The notes beneath the pieces were generated by a model. That model did no database searches, was not told where the DNA came from, and saw only the letters and a list, made by a program, of their open reading frames with translations. Positions 41,889 to 50,920 of a stretch of DNA of 64,000 bases are shown here, piece after piece. Origin of the DNA: a virus; IMG/VR virus record IMGVR_UViG_3300020171_000003, positions 1-64,000 of that record. One strand, given 5' to 3'. The position numbers were made by a program, and so were the translations under genes. Position 1 is the stretch's first letter; each line of letters opens with the position of its first letter.

Positions 41889-42707
41889 GATATGTCAAAG
41901 AACAAATTTTCTAACAAGAGTCAAAAGCAGCTAATTTCTGTTTTGTTGCTTTTTTCATCATGTTAGTAATCTAAAAGATCATATAAATAACTTGATTACA
42001 GAACTATCATACTTTTATCAACAGAGTCAAGACTTTTTTTTAATTAATATCACTTTTTTTTTAATTAATATCATTTTTCTGCATTCACTCAATGAATACA
42101 AGCTTAATCAATCAAATAACACTAAAAAAATGTAATAAAATCAATAACAACTTATTCAGATGAACGACATGACACGATAATCACATAGTCAATACTAACA
42201 CAAGCATAATTTCTATGCCCGAAATAACTATCTATAATCATAGTACTATTAATCATACGTTTATCAATCATTCTCATATATCGTCAATTCTCGTTCATTA
42301 AAATATAATTAATAATAATAAACTAAATAAAACAAATTAATAAACTATTAATCAATCATTGAATATAATTCATTCTATTACTCATTCATTATTACTTAAC
42401 TCATTCTATATTGCTTCATGCATTGTCTAACACTCTGTTCATTTATTAATTGAATGATATTCATTATTGCTTTCTACATAGATTAATACTTTCTATATTA
42501 TCTGAATGTCATTCATTTGTTCGTGCGGTTTACGGGCGGTAGGATAAGAGAAGGTGAGTTGGTAGTGGAGCGCGGATAGTAATATGATATGACTATCATG
42601 TATCATGACTATCATGCATCATCTGATTGACTCATTCAATCAGTTGTCTCAGGTTGTTATACGAGACGGTATTGTCTCAATATGATACAGTTTTTTTTAT
42701 CTAATAA

Positions 42708-42720
42708 TATCAATAGGTTA
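42708..42720 (+). promoter_or_regulatory. IHF consensus site
   Basis: TATCAATAGGTTA matches WATCAANNNNTTR, with an upstream T tract. Confidence 0.55.
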
Positions 42721-42727
42721 TGAAAGT

Positions 42728-42755
42728 AGTTTACATAATACTCGTTATCAGACGT
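42728..42755 (-). other. dif-like XerC/XerD recombination site
   Basis: Minus strand ACGTCTGATAA-CGAGTA-TTATGTAAACT: 11-6-11 layout; compare E. coli dif GGTGCGCATAA-TGTATA-TTATGTTAAAT. Confidence 0.65.
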
Positions 42756-43098
42756 ACAAAAAAACAGTCAAAACCCCCCTGGTTTCATCTCAAAAAGTTC
42801 GGAAAATAGTGATTTGGGGACCACGCCGAAATATTTATACCAGATGCAAAAGTGAAGCATAGCCGTGACGAATAGCAGCAGACCATTATCATTTTAAAAC
42901 GAATCCTGTTAAACCATTAATTAAAAATAACGAATATAGAAAAACAGGGATTTAATAAAAGGAAACCTGAAAAAATGCAATCCGGATGAGTAAAAGTGAA
43001 GCATAGACCATCCAAACATGAAAAACCATGAAAACAATTCAAAAACACAAAGTTTCCTATGCTCTGAGTCTTTTTTACATGCCAACCGAAACTATTTC

Positions 43099-43127
43099 TT
43101 GACATTTATAGATGAATATCATAGAAT
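43099..43127 (+). promoter_or_regulatory. Sigma70-type promoter of the packaging operon
   Basis: TTGACA-17 bp-TAGAAT. Confidence 0.65.
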
Positions 43128-43152
43128 AATAGATATGAAAGGAGTACAAAAG

Positions 43153-43758
43153 ATGGCAATAAAAGCAATGCAAAGCGTAACCAGAGTACCAACCACATAC
43201 GATTCACTCATATCCGGATTAGCCGTGAATGAAGAAAAGCAATCCGTAGTCCGTCCGTTATACACTTGGGATTACGTCCAAGAATGCACGGAACGCTGTC
43301 CGGCTTATGAAGGAACCACATGTCATTTCAATAAGGATGTCCGGACGAATAAGCGGTGTAAGGTGATGGACATGTATTTGAAAGGTGTAGCGGATACGGT
43401 GATGTTAGCATACCCGAAGGATGAGATAATTGACCCAAGAACATTGTGGAGAGTCGGAATGCATCTCATGCCGTTGTACCAGATGTTAGGACGGATGAAG
43501 ATAGAGGAGGCCACGTTTCATACTGTTATATTTACGGATGATAAAGGCCGAAGGAAAGCCAACCCAATATATAAGGAGATACGGGAGACATTGAAACAGA
43601 TTGAAAGTGCTTGGAGGGACTTGAATCTCGGAGGAAGTTTGGGGGAAGGTTATCTGGACTTCGGAGATAAGAGTCCGTCGGGCAGAGGTGCTAATTTAAC
43701 TGATCCGGATGATTATTATACCCGGATGCAGAAAGGCGGGAGGCAGGTGAAGACATGA
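43153..43758 (+). CDS. Probable terminase small subunit
   Basis: First gene of the + block; G..KANPIYKEIR...I...W.DL.L resembles P27-type small terminases; AAGGAG RBS before 43153. Confidence 0.5.
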   Translation: MAIKAMQSVTRVPTTYDSLISGLAVNEEKQSVVRPLYTWDYVQECTERCPAYEGTTCHFNKDVRTNKRCKVMDMYLKGVADTVMLAYPKDEIIDPRTLWRVGMHLMPLYQMLGRMKIEEATFHTVIFTDDKGRRKANPIYKEIRETLKQIESAWRDLNLGGSLGEGYLDFGDKSPSGRGANLTDPDDYYTRMQKGGRQVKT

Positions 43759-44273
43759 GAAATCCTTGTTTGAAGTGTAAACGGCATTTGAAGGGTTTGG
43801 ATAAGAATGGACCGGAGTGTACGGAGTGTTTGCTTCGGCTTCAATATGCCCATAGTATTGAAGTGAAGGATGAGGATGAGACCCTTCAAGTACGGAATTG
43901 GAGAAAGTGTAAGGTGTGCGGTACGGAAAAGATATTGGAAGAGGAATATAATCGGAAGGGTAGAAAGAAAGGTGAGTATGTTGACACCTGTAAGGAGTGT
44001 ATGGGTGAATCAATTATGCGGGCACGGGAAGAAAAAGCCGTAGCGAAGGTTACTATTATGATTAAGGATAAAGGACTGCATACATGGTTGAAAGAAAGAG
44101 CGGGTAAGGAATTCCGAACAGTAGAGAACCAGATATTGTTCTTTCTTACTATGGTGAAGGACTTAGAGAATACGACCGTGATTGAAAAGAAAACTTTGTT
44201 TGAAGACGGACGGAAGCCCCAGCCTGTGTATAGAAGTTTTGACGAGATTGGTAAAATAGATAAGGAGGAGTAG
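43755..44273 (+). CDS. Zn-finger + RHH-like protein
   Basis: Four CxxC motifs; LKERAGKEFRTVENQILFFL (Arc-like). Confidence 0.5.
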   Translation: MRNPCLKCKRHLKGLDKNGPECTECLLRLQYAHSIEVKDEDETLQVRNWRKCKVCGTEKILEEEYNRKGRKKGEYVDTCKECMGESIMRAREEKAVAKVTIMIKDKGLHTWLKERAGKEFRTVENQILFFLTMVKDLENTTVIEKKTLFEDGRKPQPVYRSFDEIGKIDKEE

Positions 44274-44637
44274 AAAAATGATTAGAGGACAAAAATATTT
44301 AGTGACTACGGAAGAATATTTTGTAACCCCAAACGGGAAACAATATAAAGCTGCTTTTGGTGAATATAAAGGTAAGGCGGCTTTCGGTGTTGATTTTACT
44401 TACATCGGAAATATTGCTTTAAAAACGGATAAAATTTATTCTGCGGTAAAGACGGATGAAGTTGATTTTGGAAATAAGCAAGATGAATGGAGTGAAAAAG
44501 GAGAAATGCGAGATACTTGGATTTATAATGCAGAATAATTAGTTTCCTCCGACTTGTAAAAGGGTAATGGTAAAAAGCCCAGGTGATAGTTCGGGAGTGC
44601 TAAAGCACAAGTCGGAGGATTTTTTAAAGGAATATAA

Positions 44638-45033
44638 ATGATTAAACTGTGCCCAAAATGTAGAGGAACACTCATATTAGAAGATCGTGTCCTTTTTTGC
44701 ATAGATTGTTTGTATGTAGTTGATCGCTTTTTAAAAAGGGAAAAGCTTGACGATGATATCCGTTCGCTAAGGAGTAAAGGATTATCGTGGGCCTCAATAG
44801 GAAAACGAGTAAACAGAACAGCAATGGCAGTTAGACGACGGTTCATCATTGCTTTTGGTAAAGATCATGAGTTAATGCAGGATATTCAGAAAGTGAAGGA
44901 TCAGAAAGAAACAACATTGCTTTCTTATCTAATGAAAGAAGATGGGTTATCCTATTCTTTTATTTCAAAGGAACTTGGCATAAGTATAAATGCTTGTAAG
45001 CAGAAGGTCAGGAGAGAAAGGATGAAATTATAA
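44638..45033 (+). CDS. Zn ribbon + double HTH protein
   Basis: CPKC..CIDC; GLSWASIG; GLSYSFISKELGIS. Confidence 0.6.
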   Translation: MIKLCPKCRGTLILEDRVLFCIDCLYVVDRFLKREKLDDDIRSLRSKGLSWASIGKRVNRTAMAVRRRFIIAFGKDHELMQDIQKVKDQKETTLLSYLMKEDGLSYSFISKELGISINACKQKVRRERMKL

Positions 45034-45229
45034 ATTATGGATTGGAAAACAAAAGAAACAGCAAAGGCAATTATAACGTCACTTAATGTAGGTGATAAAT
45101 TAAAAGACCTCACAAATAAGCATTTAGCAGACCTTCTTTTAAAACACATTTGGTCGAAATATGATGTTTTCAGCCATGAAAGTGATTTGTTAGAGGAAGT
45201 TATTGAAAGATTAAGGAAAGGATGAAAGA

Positions 45230-47107
45230 ATGTCGGTAAACGGTTTACGGAAGGCTGTTAAAGAAGTAGAAGAAATTACATATAGATCAGGCGGAGAGGG
45301 AATGATTGCTTGGTGTGATGATAAGGTTAGGTTACCTATTTACCCGACTGAATCAGAAATAGCAATTTGGTGGCCGTTAGGTGATTTACCCCAAGAGAAG
45401 AATCCTAAGACAGGAAGGAGTTATCAAGACCTCTGGGACTTTCATAAGATGGTTCTTAAAGAAGCTTTGCAGATGGATGATCATCATAGATTTCTTTATA
45501 GACTTATTGTTTTTTGTTGGATGCGTGGTGAAGGTAAATCAATTCTTGCGGTTCTTATTCAATTATGGAAATTCTTTAACTGGCCAAGACAATTAATAAC
45601 TCTTGGTGCAAATAGTAAGGATCAGATCAAGTTTGTCCATTTTGAATGGATGAGAGATATTATTTTAAACTCACCAGAACTTTTAAACGATATTGGTGGG
45701 AAAATGAATATTAAGGAGAAATATATTCAGATGAAAGATAGTAGAGGACGTATCCAGTCAACAATTCGTCCTATCTCAACTGCTACAGGTATTGTGTCAA
45801 ACATTACTGGGTACACTTTCTCTGAAATCTTTGCTATGAAGAAACCAGACTTCTTCACCCAGTTAGATGGTTCCATTCGTAATATTCCAAATGCTTTAGG
45901 TGTTATTGATTCTACTGTTTCCTCAAAAAAGCATGTTCTCTATCAGTTATATAGTAATGTTCTTTTAGGTAAAACAAAGAATGTTTATTTTTCTTATCGG
46001 TGTTCCCCTGCTGGTAATTATGAAGATTTTTCTCATCCACATATGGATCAAGATCAGTTAGATGATTATGAAATCAAGTTTCCTTTTGGTGAGTTTGATA
46101 AATACTTTAAGAATACTTGGTCAGCAGGTTCTCATAAAGTTTTTTCCCATACGATGGTTGAAGAAATGAGTATTATTTCAGCAAAAGGTTCTTTTTATGA
46201 TCATGCTCAAATTAAAGAGTTATTGGATAAGAAAGAACATTTGATTGATATGCGGACGAGTGTTGAGCAGAAAACATTTAGTAATGAAAGAAGTTTAGAA
46301 GGCATTGCGAAACGATTAGGAGATATAATTGATTGTTTTGAACCAGTTGATACTTTATACACCCTTTCAGATGGACAAGGAAGACCTAAAGCAGCTACTT
46401 TAGATGATTTAATGTTTTTAGGAGAAAGATTTGATACTGATTGGGTTATTCTTGCAGGAACAGACTTTGGAGATCCTTACTCAACTGCGAGTAATGCAAG
46501 AACCATTGGAGTAGTCCTTGCAAAAGGTTTACCTGGTTCTAAATCTGATCCTTCTCTTTATTTGAGAACACCTACAGCACCTCAATATATTTATTTTTTA
46601 TTAGTCCTTTCTGTTTCTTCTGAGCATTCTATTAATACTATAAAGGAAAGTATGGAATATGCTCACAATGAGTTCTTAGGAATTGATTCTTTATGTAGTG
46701 AGCATTACGGAGCTTGGGATATAGGACAATGGTCTGAAGATAGAGAAATACCGTTTACTCCTATTCATCCTAATTATGAAAAACAAAAAGATTGTTTTAA
46801 AGCTTTGCTTGAATGCGGGAAAGAAGGACGAATTAAATTTCCATCTAAGATAGGTATTCCTGGTTCTAAATCAAACAATATATTAATAGAAGAACTTGAA
46901 GAATTTGATCATGATGTAGATTTAAAATGGTTCGGAAGTACAGAAAAGAGTGAAAGATATGGTATTCAGGATGATGTTGTTTATGCAATAGGGTGGGGTT
47001 TATATGGCGGAAGAATGCTCGGGGTTGATGATTTTAGAATACGAGTTCGTAAAAGAAGTTTCGGTGAAATGTCAGTTCCTTCAGGGTTGTTAGGTAGATA
47101 TACCTAG
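45230..47107 (+). CDS. Terminase large subunit
   Basis: Walker A WMRGEGKS, ANSKDQ, nuclease GTD...QDD; upstream of portal. Confidence 0.85.
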   Translation: MSVNGLRKAVKEVEEITYRSGGEGMIAWCDDKVRLPIYPTESEIAIWWPLGDLPQEKNPKTGRSYQDLWDFHKMVLKEALQMDDHHRFLYRLIVFCWMRGEGKSILAVLIQLWKFFNWPRQLITLGANSKDQIKFVHFEWMRDIILNSPELLNDIGGKMNIKEKYIQMKDSRGRIQSTIRPISTATGIVSNITGYTFSEIFAMKKPDFFTQLDGSIRNIPNALGVIDSTVSSKKHVLYQLYSNVLLGKTKNVYFSYRCSPAGNYEDFSHPHMDQDQLDDYEIKFPFGEFDKYFKNTWSAGSHKVFSHTMVEEMSIISAKGSFYDHAQIKELLDKKEHLIDMRTSVEQKTFSNERSLEGIAKRLGDIIDCFEPVDTLYTLSDGQGRPKAATLDDLMFLGERFDTDWVILAGTDFGDPYSTASNARTIGVVLAKGLPGSKSDPSLYLRTPTAPQYIYFLLVLSVSSEHSINTIKESMEYAHNEFLGIDSLCSEHYGAWDIGQWSEDREIPFTPIHPNYEKQKDCFKALLECGKEGRIKFPSKIGIPGSKSNNILIEELEEFDHDVDLKWFGSTEKSERYGIQDDVVYAIGWGLYGGRMLGVDDFRIRVRKRSFGEMSVPSGLLGRYT

Positions 47108-47168
47108 TTTTTTACCTTTGAGTTTTTCTGTTGTAGTATCAGGTCACTTTAAATTTTAAAAGGATACT

Positions 47169-48803
47169 ATGGCTGAAAAACTTTTACCAGATGAAATCCA
47201 AACTTATTTAAGAGACATTCCGGAAGAAGTTCTGGAAAAAATATCCTTCGCTGTTCCTTGGCAATATTATTCAGATTCAAGACCTGCTACTGATGCTGAT
47301 GGGTTTTCTCTTGCAACCACAAAAGAAGTTGATGCCAATAGAGAAGCCCTTCAGAAAGAATGTTGGAATAAATTTCATGAGAATCCTCAAGTTAATACAG
47401 CTATTCGAGGATTACAAGGTCGTTTAACAGGTTTTGGTTTTGATATTTTTTCTGAGATTCCTGAAATTCAGGATGTTTTAGATGAAATTATTTATGATAA
47501 AAGAAATAGATTATACCATTTTTTACCTAAATATGTTGGAAGAACTTTTATTGAAGGAGAACTTTTCCTTAGTTTGACTTTACATAAAGACGGTTTTGTT
47601 GAAGTTGATTTTGTTGGTCCGGAAGTTATTGCAAATGGTGGGGATGATGGATCGGGGATAATCTATCACCCCACTAAACCTTCTTTTCCTCTTTATTTTA
47701 ATGTTGGGACAGAAACAAATAAGTATGATCAAGTCCCAAGTGTTAATCTTGCCTTTTATCCAGAACTCCGTAATGTATCCGGTTTAAATGATTTTAGTCT
47801 TTCTTTTCAAAAAAGTAGTAAATCTGCTGTTCCTATATTTAAACAGTTCGGTGGATTTAGAAGATTTATTCTTTATTGGGACAGGGGATTTTTAACCAAG
47901 CGTTCTATTTCTTATTTAAGAACTGTTTTAGAATGGTTGAATCATTATGAAAATTTGAAAAAATATGAAATAGATCATAAGAAGTCAGCTGGAGCTTATT
48001 TGTGGACATTCTCTATTGAAGATGCTCGTTCTTTTAAATTATGGATGAGTTTAACAGATGAGGAGAAAAAGAAGACAGGTATAATGGCTCCTAAAGTACC
48101 TGGTGGAAGTTTAGTACTACCTCCGGGGATGAAGTTAGAAGTTCATAATCCTAAATTAAATACTATTTCAAATCAAGATACAGATATTCTTGAAATGGTG
48201 GGGAGTGGATTGAATGAGCCTTCTGATATTATGACAGGTTCAGCAAAAGGAACATTTGCTTCTGTAAAAGCTTCTAGAGGACCTATGTCAGATCGTGTTT
48301 CGGATGAAGTTGCTTTTTTTGATAGATTTTTGAAACATGATTTTTGGTCAGCTATTTTCTTTTTTAAAAGTCGATTAACATCCTTTCCTAAAACTTTTCC
48401 TGTTAGAAGAGCCGTTGGATGGAAAAAAGTAGGAGAAGAAAAAGAACCTATCTTTAAGGAGGTTCAAGTCCTTCCTGAATTTTTAATTGATATTGATTTT
48501 CCTATATCAGAAACTTTAGATTTAGAAGCAAGAGCAAAAGGTTTACTTGGAACAAAACATGGACCGTTAAATGCGAGTTTAGGTATTCCGAATAAAACTA
48601 TTGCTAAGAAAATAGGTATTTCTGGTTATGGAACTGCTCGTTTACGAAAAGCAGAGGAAGATGATAAGTATCCGCCTTTGCAAGTAGAAACGGATGCACT
48701 TGCGGCAGAATCCAGACAAGAAATTATAGAAGGTGAAAAACCCAAGTCAGGTGTTAATAAATTGAAAAAGAAAGGAGGTAATAGTGATAGTTCCGATAAA
48801 TAA
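47169..48803 (+). CDS. Portal protein
   Basis: 544 aa between terminase and protease; EGELF, VLPPGMKLE. Confidence 0.75.
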   Translation: MAEKLLPDEIQTYLRDIPEEVLEKISFAVPWQYYSDSRPATDADGFSLATTKEVDANREALQKECWNKFHENPQVNTAIRGLQGRLTGFGFDIFSEIPEIQDVLDEIIYDKRNRLYHFLPKYVGRTFIEGELFLSLTLHKDGFVEVDFVGPEVIANGGDDGSGIIYHPTKPSFPLYFNVGTETNKYDQVPSVNLAFYPELRNVSGLNDFSLSFQKSSKSAVPIFKQFGGFRRFILYWDRGFLTKRSISYLRTVLEWLNHYENLKKYEIDHKKSAGAYLWTFSIEDARSFKLWMSLTDEEKKKTGIMAPKVPGGSLVLPPGMKLEVHNPKLNTISNQDTDILEMVGSGLNEPSDIMTGSAKGTFASVKASRGPMSDRVSDEVAFFDRFLKHDFWSAIFFFKSRLTSFPKTFPVRRAVGWKKVGEEKEPIFKEVQVLPEFLIDIDFPISETLDLEARAKGLLGTKHGPLNASLGIPNKTIAKKIGISGYGTARLRKAEEDDKYPPLQVETDALAAESRQEIIEGEKPKSGVNKLKKKGGNSDSSDK

Positions 48804-50214
48804 AGCTCTTTCTTTAGAACGTGTTTCAAACAAATTGATGGACATGCTTCCTGAAAGTCTATCCTTGCTTGTAAACCGTTTTGTTAAAGAGTTTGCTGTT
48901 GCTGAAATTAAAGAAGATGTTGTTATTTTAAACGGTCAATCTTTTAGTATCGGTTCAGATTCTAATTTTAAACCAAGATTAGAAGTTAGAGAATCAGTAG
49001 GAATTATTCCTGTTGAAGGTCCTATTTTTAATAAATCAGCCGGATGGTTTGATCAGCGTTTTGGTTTTTCTTCTTATGAAGAAATGAAGATGGCTTTTAT
49101 TGAAGCGAATACTGATCCTAATATTCAAGCAATTGTTTTTCAAGCAAATAGTCCAGGTGGTGAAGCAGCCGGGATGGTTGATTTTGTTGATTATATTCAT
49201 GAAAATAAAAGTAAGCCGGTTTATGCTATTATTGATGATGCGGCTTATTCTGCCGCATATGGTGTTGTTTCTTCGGCAGATGAGATTTTTACAACAAGAT
49301 CAGGAGGAGTTGGTTCTGTTGGTACTATAATTCAGCATGTTGATTTTTCAAAAGCTGATGAGAAAAATGGATATACTGTAACGGAGGTTTATGCAGGTGC
49401 AGAGAAAACATTATTTTCCCCGAATAAACCATTGTCGGAGAAAGCTAAAGAACGACTTCAAGAGATGGTGGATTCACATTACCTTGATTTCGTTGGAGCA
49501 GTGGCTAAGGGTAGACGAATGGAAAGCGGAGATGTTGTTAAAACACAGGCTAGAACATTTAAAGGGCAGGAAGGAGTAACCGCAGGATTTGCAGATAAAG
49601 TAATGTCTGTGGATGATGCGTTTTTATATATAAAATCTAAGTTAACAAAAAAGGAGGTGAAAACAACTATGGATCTTAAAGAAATGCAGGACAAACACCC
49701 GGAACTATACGCTCAGATTGTAGAAAGTTCTAAAGTTGCCGCAGAAGCCGAGAAACAAATTGCGGTAGATGCTGCGAAAAAAGAACTGGAAGATAAGATT
49801 ACGTCTCTTGAAAAAGAGAATCTTATGAAAGAAGCGGCAGTTAAGGGAATGGATGTAAGGATGCAGACTTTAGAAAAAACTCAAATTGAAACTTTGTCGA
49901 AGTCAATCTGGAAAGAAGTTTTGAATGATAGCGAACTTCCGGATGATGATTTCAAATCAAAGGTTCAGGGTATTTCTAAAATTGATGCAAAGACTTTCAT
50001 TATTGAAGGTGTATTTAATGAAAGTGGTTTTAAAGAAGCGGTAAAAGCAGAAGTTTCGGATTGGGAAGCCCATACAGGAAAATTTAAAGTATTGGGTATG
50101 GGAAAAACTGGTAGAAATGAATCAGAAGGAGAAGCAACGGATGAAGCATGGTTGAGTTCTATGTGGAATCTTTCTAATCCGCCTGATTATGAAAAAACAG
50201 CTTATAAAGTATAA
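48784..50214 (+). CDS. S49 (SppA-type) prohead protease with C-terminal scaffold region
   Basis: NSPGG, AYSAAY, GSVG, G.ADKV; lambda gpC-like. Confidence 0.9.
   Translation: MIVPINKALSLERVSNKLMDMLPESLSLLVNRFVKEFAVAEIKEDVVILNGQSFSIGSDSNFKPRLEVRESVGIIPVEGPIFNKSAGWFDQRFGFSSYEEMKMAFIEANTDPNIQAIVFQANSPGGEAAGMVDFVDYIHENKSKPVYAIIDDAAYSAAYGVVSSADEIFTTRSGGVGSVGTIIQHVDFSKADEKNGYTVTEVYAGAEKTLFSPNKPLSEKAKERLQEMVDSHYLDFVGAVAKGRRMESGDVVKTQARTFKGQEGVTAGFADKVMSVDDAFLYIKSKLTKKEVKTTMDLKEMQDKHPELYAQIVESSKVAAEAEKQIAVDAAKKELEDKITSLEKENLMKEAAVKGMDVRMQTLEKTQIETLSKSIWKEVLNDSELPDDDFKSKVQGISKIDAKTFIIEGVFNESGFKEAVKAEVSDWEAHTGKFKVLGMGKTGRNESEGEATDEAWLSSMWNLSNPPDYEKTAYKV
49669..50214 (+). CDS. Nested in-frame scaffold protein (Nu3-like)
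   Basis: AAGGAGGTGA RBS at 49651 before in-frame ATG (MDLKEMQDKHPELY...), coiled coil. Confidence 0.7.
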   Translation: MDLKEMQDKHPELYAQIVESSKVAAEAEKQIAVDAAKKELEDKITSLEKENLMKEAAVKGMDVRMQTLEKTQIETLSKSIWKEVLNDSELPDDDFKSKVQGISKIDAKTFIIEGVFNESGFKEAVKAEVSDWEAHTGKFKVLGMGKTGRNESEGEATDEAWLSSMWNLSNPPDYEKTAYKV

Positions 50215-50233
50215 TGAAGGGAGGTGAAATAAT

Positions 50234-50902
50234 ATGAGTCGAGGAGATGCTCCGCATGTTTATCATAATGACCAGGTAGATTACCAGGCATTATTTTTCA
50301 GTAACCCTGAAGCTTGTCTTGAAATTCCTATGACAATGCAAAGAGGTTATGGTCTTATTAAAGTAGGGACAGTTGTTGGTGTTAACACCAGTGCCAGTAG
50401 CACAAATAAAGGAAAGTACATTCCGTATGATCCTCATGCTACTATTACTGGAGCAGAAGACGCTCCGGGCAGAGCTTATATAGTGTCTAATCATACATCC
50501 GGTGCTTATACTGTTATTGTTACTATGGAGGACAGTTATAAGTTTATTGTTGGTGATGATCTGTTGCTACAAGGTTCTGGAGAGGCTGTTGAGAATGTGG
50601 GTGCAATTACCACTATTGATAGAACAACTTACGGTCATATTGCAACTATTACTTTCACAGTTGCTTCTGGTAAGAATTACACTACGGCAAATTTTGCTTA
50701 TGCATGTGTAGAAGGTTCTGAAACTGCTGTAGGTGTTTTAAAAGCGGCAAGAGATACTGGAGTAGGTACTGATTCAGTCGGTGCTCTGGGCAATCTGGTT
50801 ATTGGTAATGCTCTGTTTTATACTGGAGTATTGCTCAATATGGATTCTAATGCAAGAACGGATGTTAGTGCGTCCTTAATTAGTCAATACACTAAAATTT
50901 AA
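50234..50902 (+). CDS. Head decoration protein with inserted domain
   Basis: GTVVG....GKYIPYD...AVGVL (lambda D-like); precedes the capsid gene. Confidence 0.7.
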   Translation: MSRGDAPHVYHNDQVDYQALFFSNPEACLEIPMTMQRGYGLIKVGTVVGVNTSASSTNKGKYIPYDPHATITGAEDAPGRAYIVSNHTSGAYTVIVTMEDSYKFIVGDDLLLQGSGEAVENVGAITTIDRTTYGHIATITFTVASGKNYTTANFAYACVEGSETAVGVLKAARDTGVGTDSVGALGNLVIGNALFYTGVLLNMDSNARTDVSASLISQYTKI

Positions 50903-50920
50903 GAAGGGAGGTGATTTAGT

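Noticed and set aside
42200-42222. Sigma54 promoter at the lone CCC (GGCATAGAAATTATGC on minus)
   Set aside because: GG-to-GC spacing is 12 nt, not the required 10
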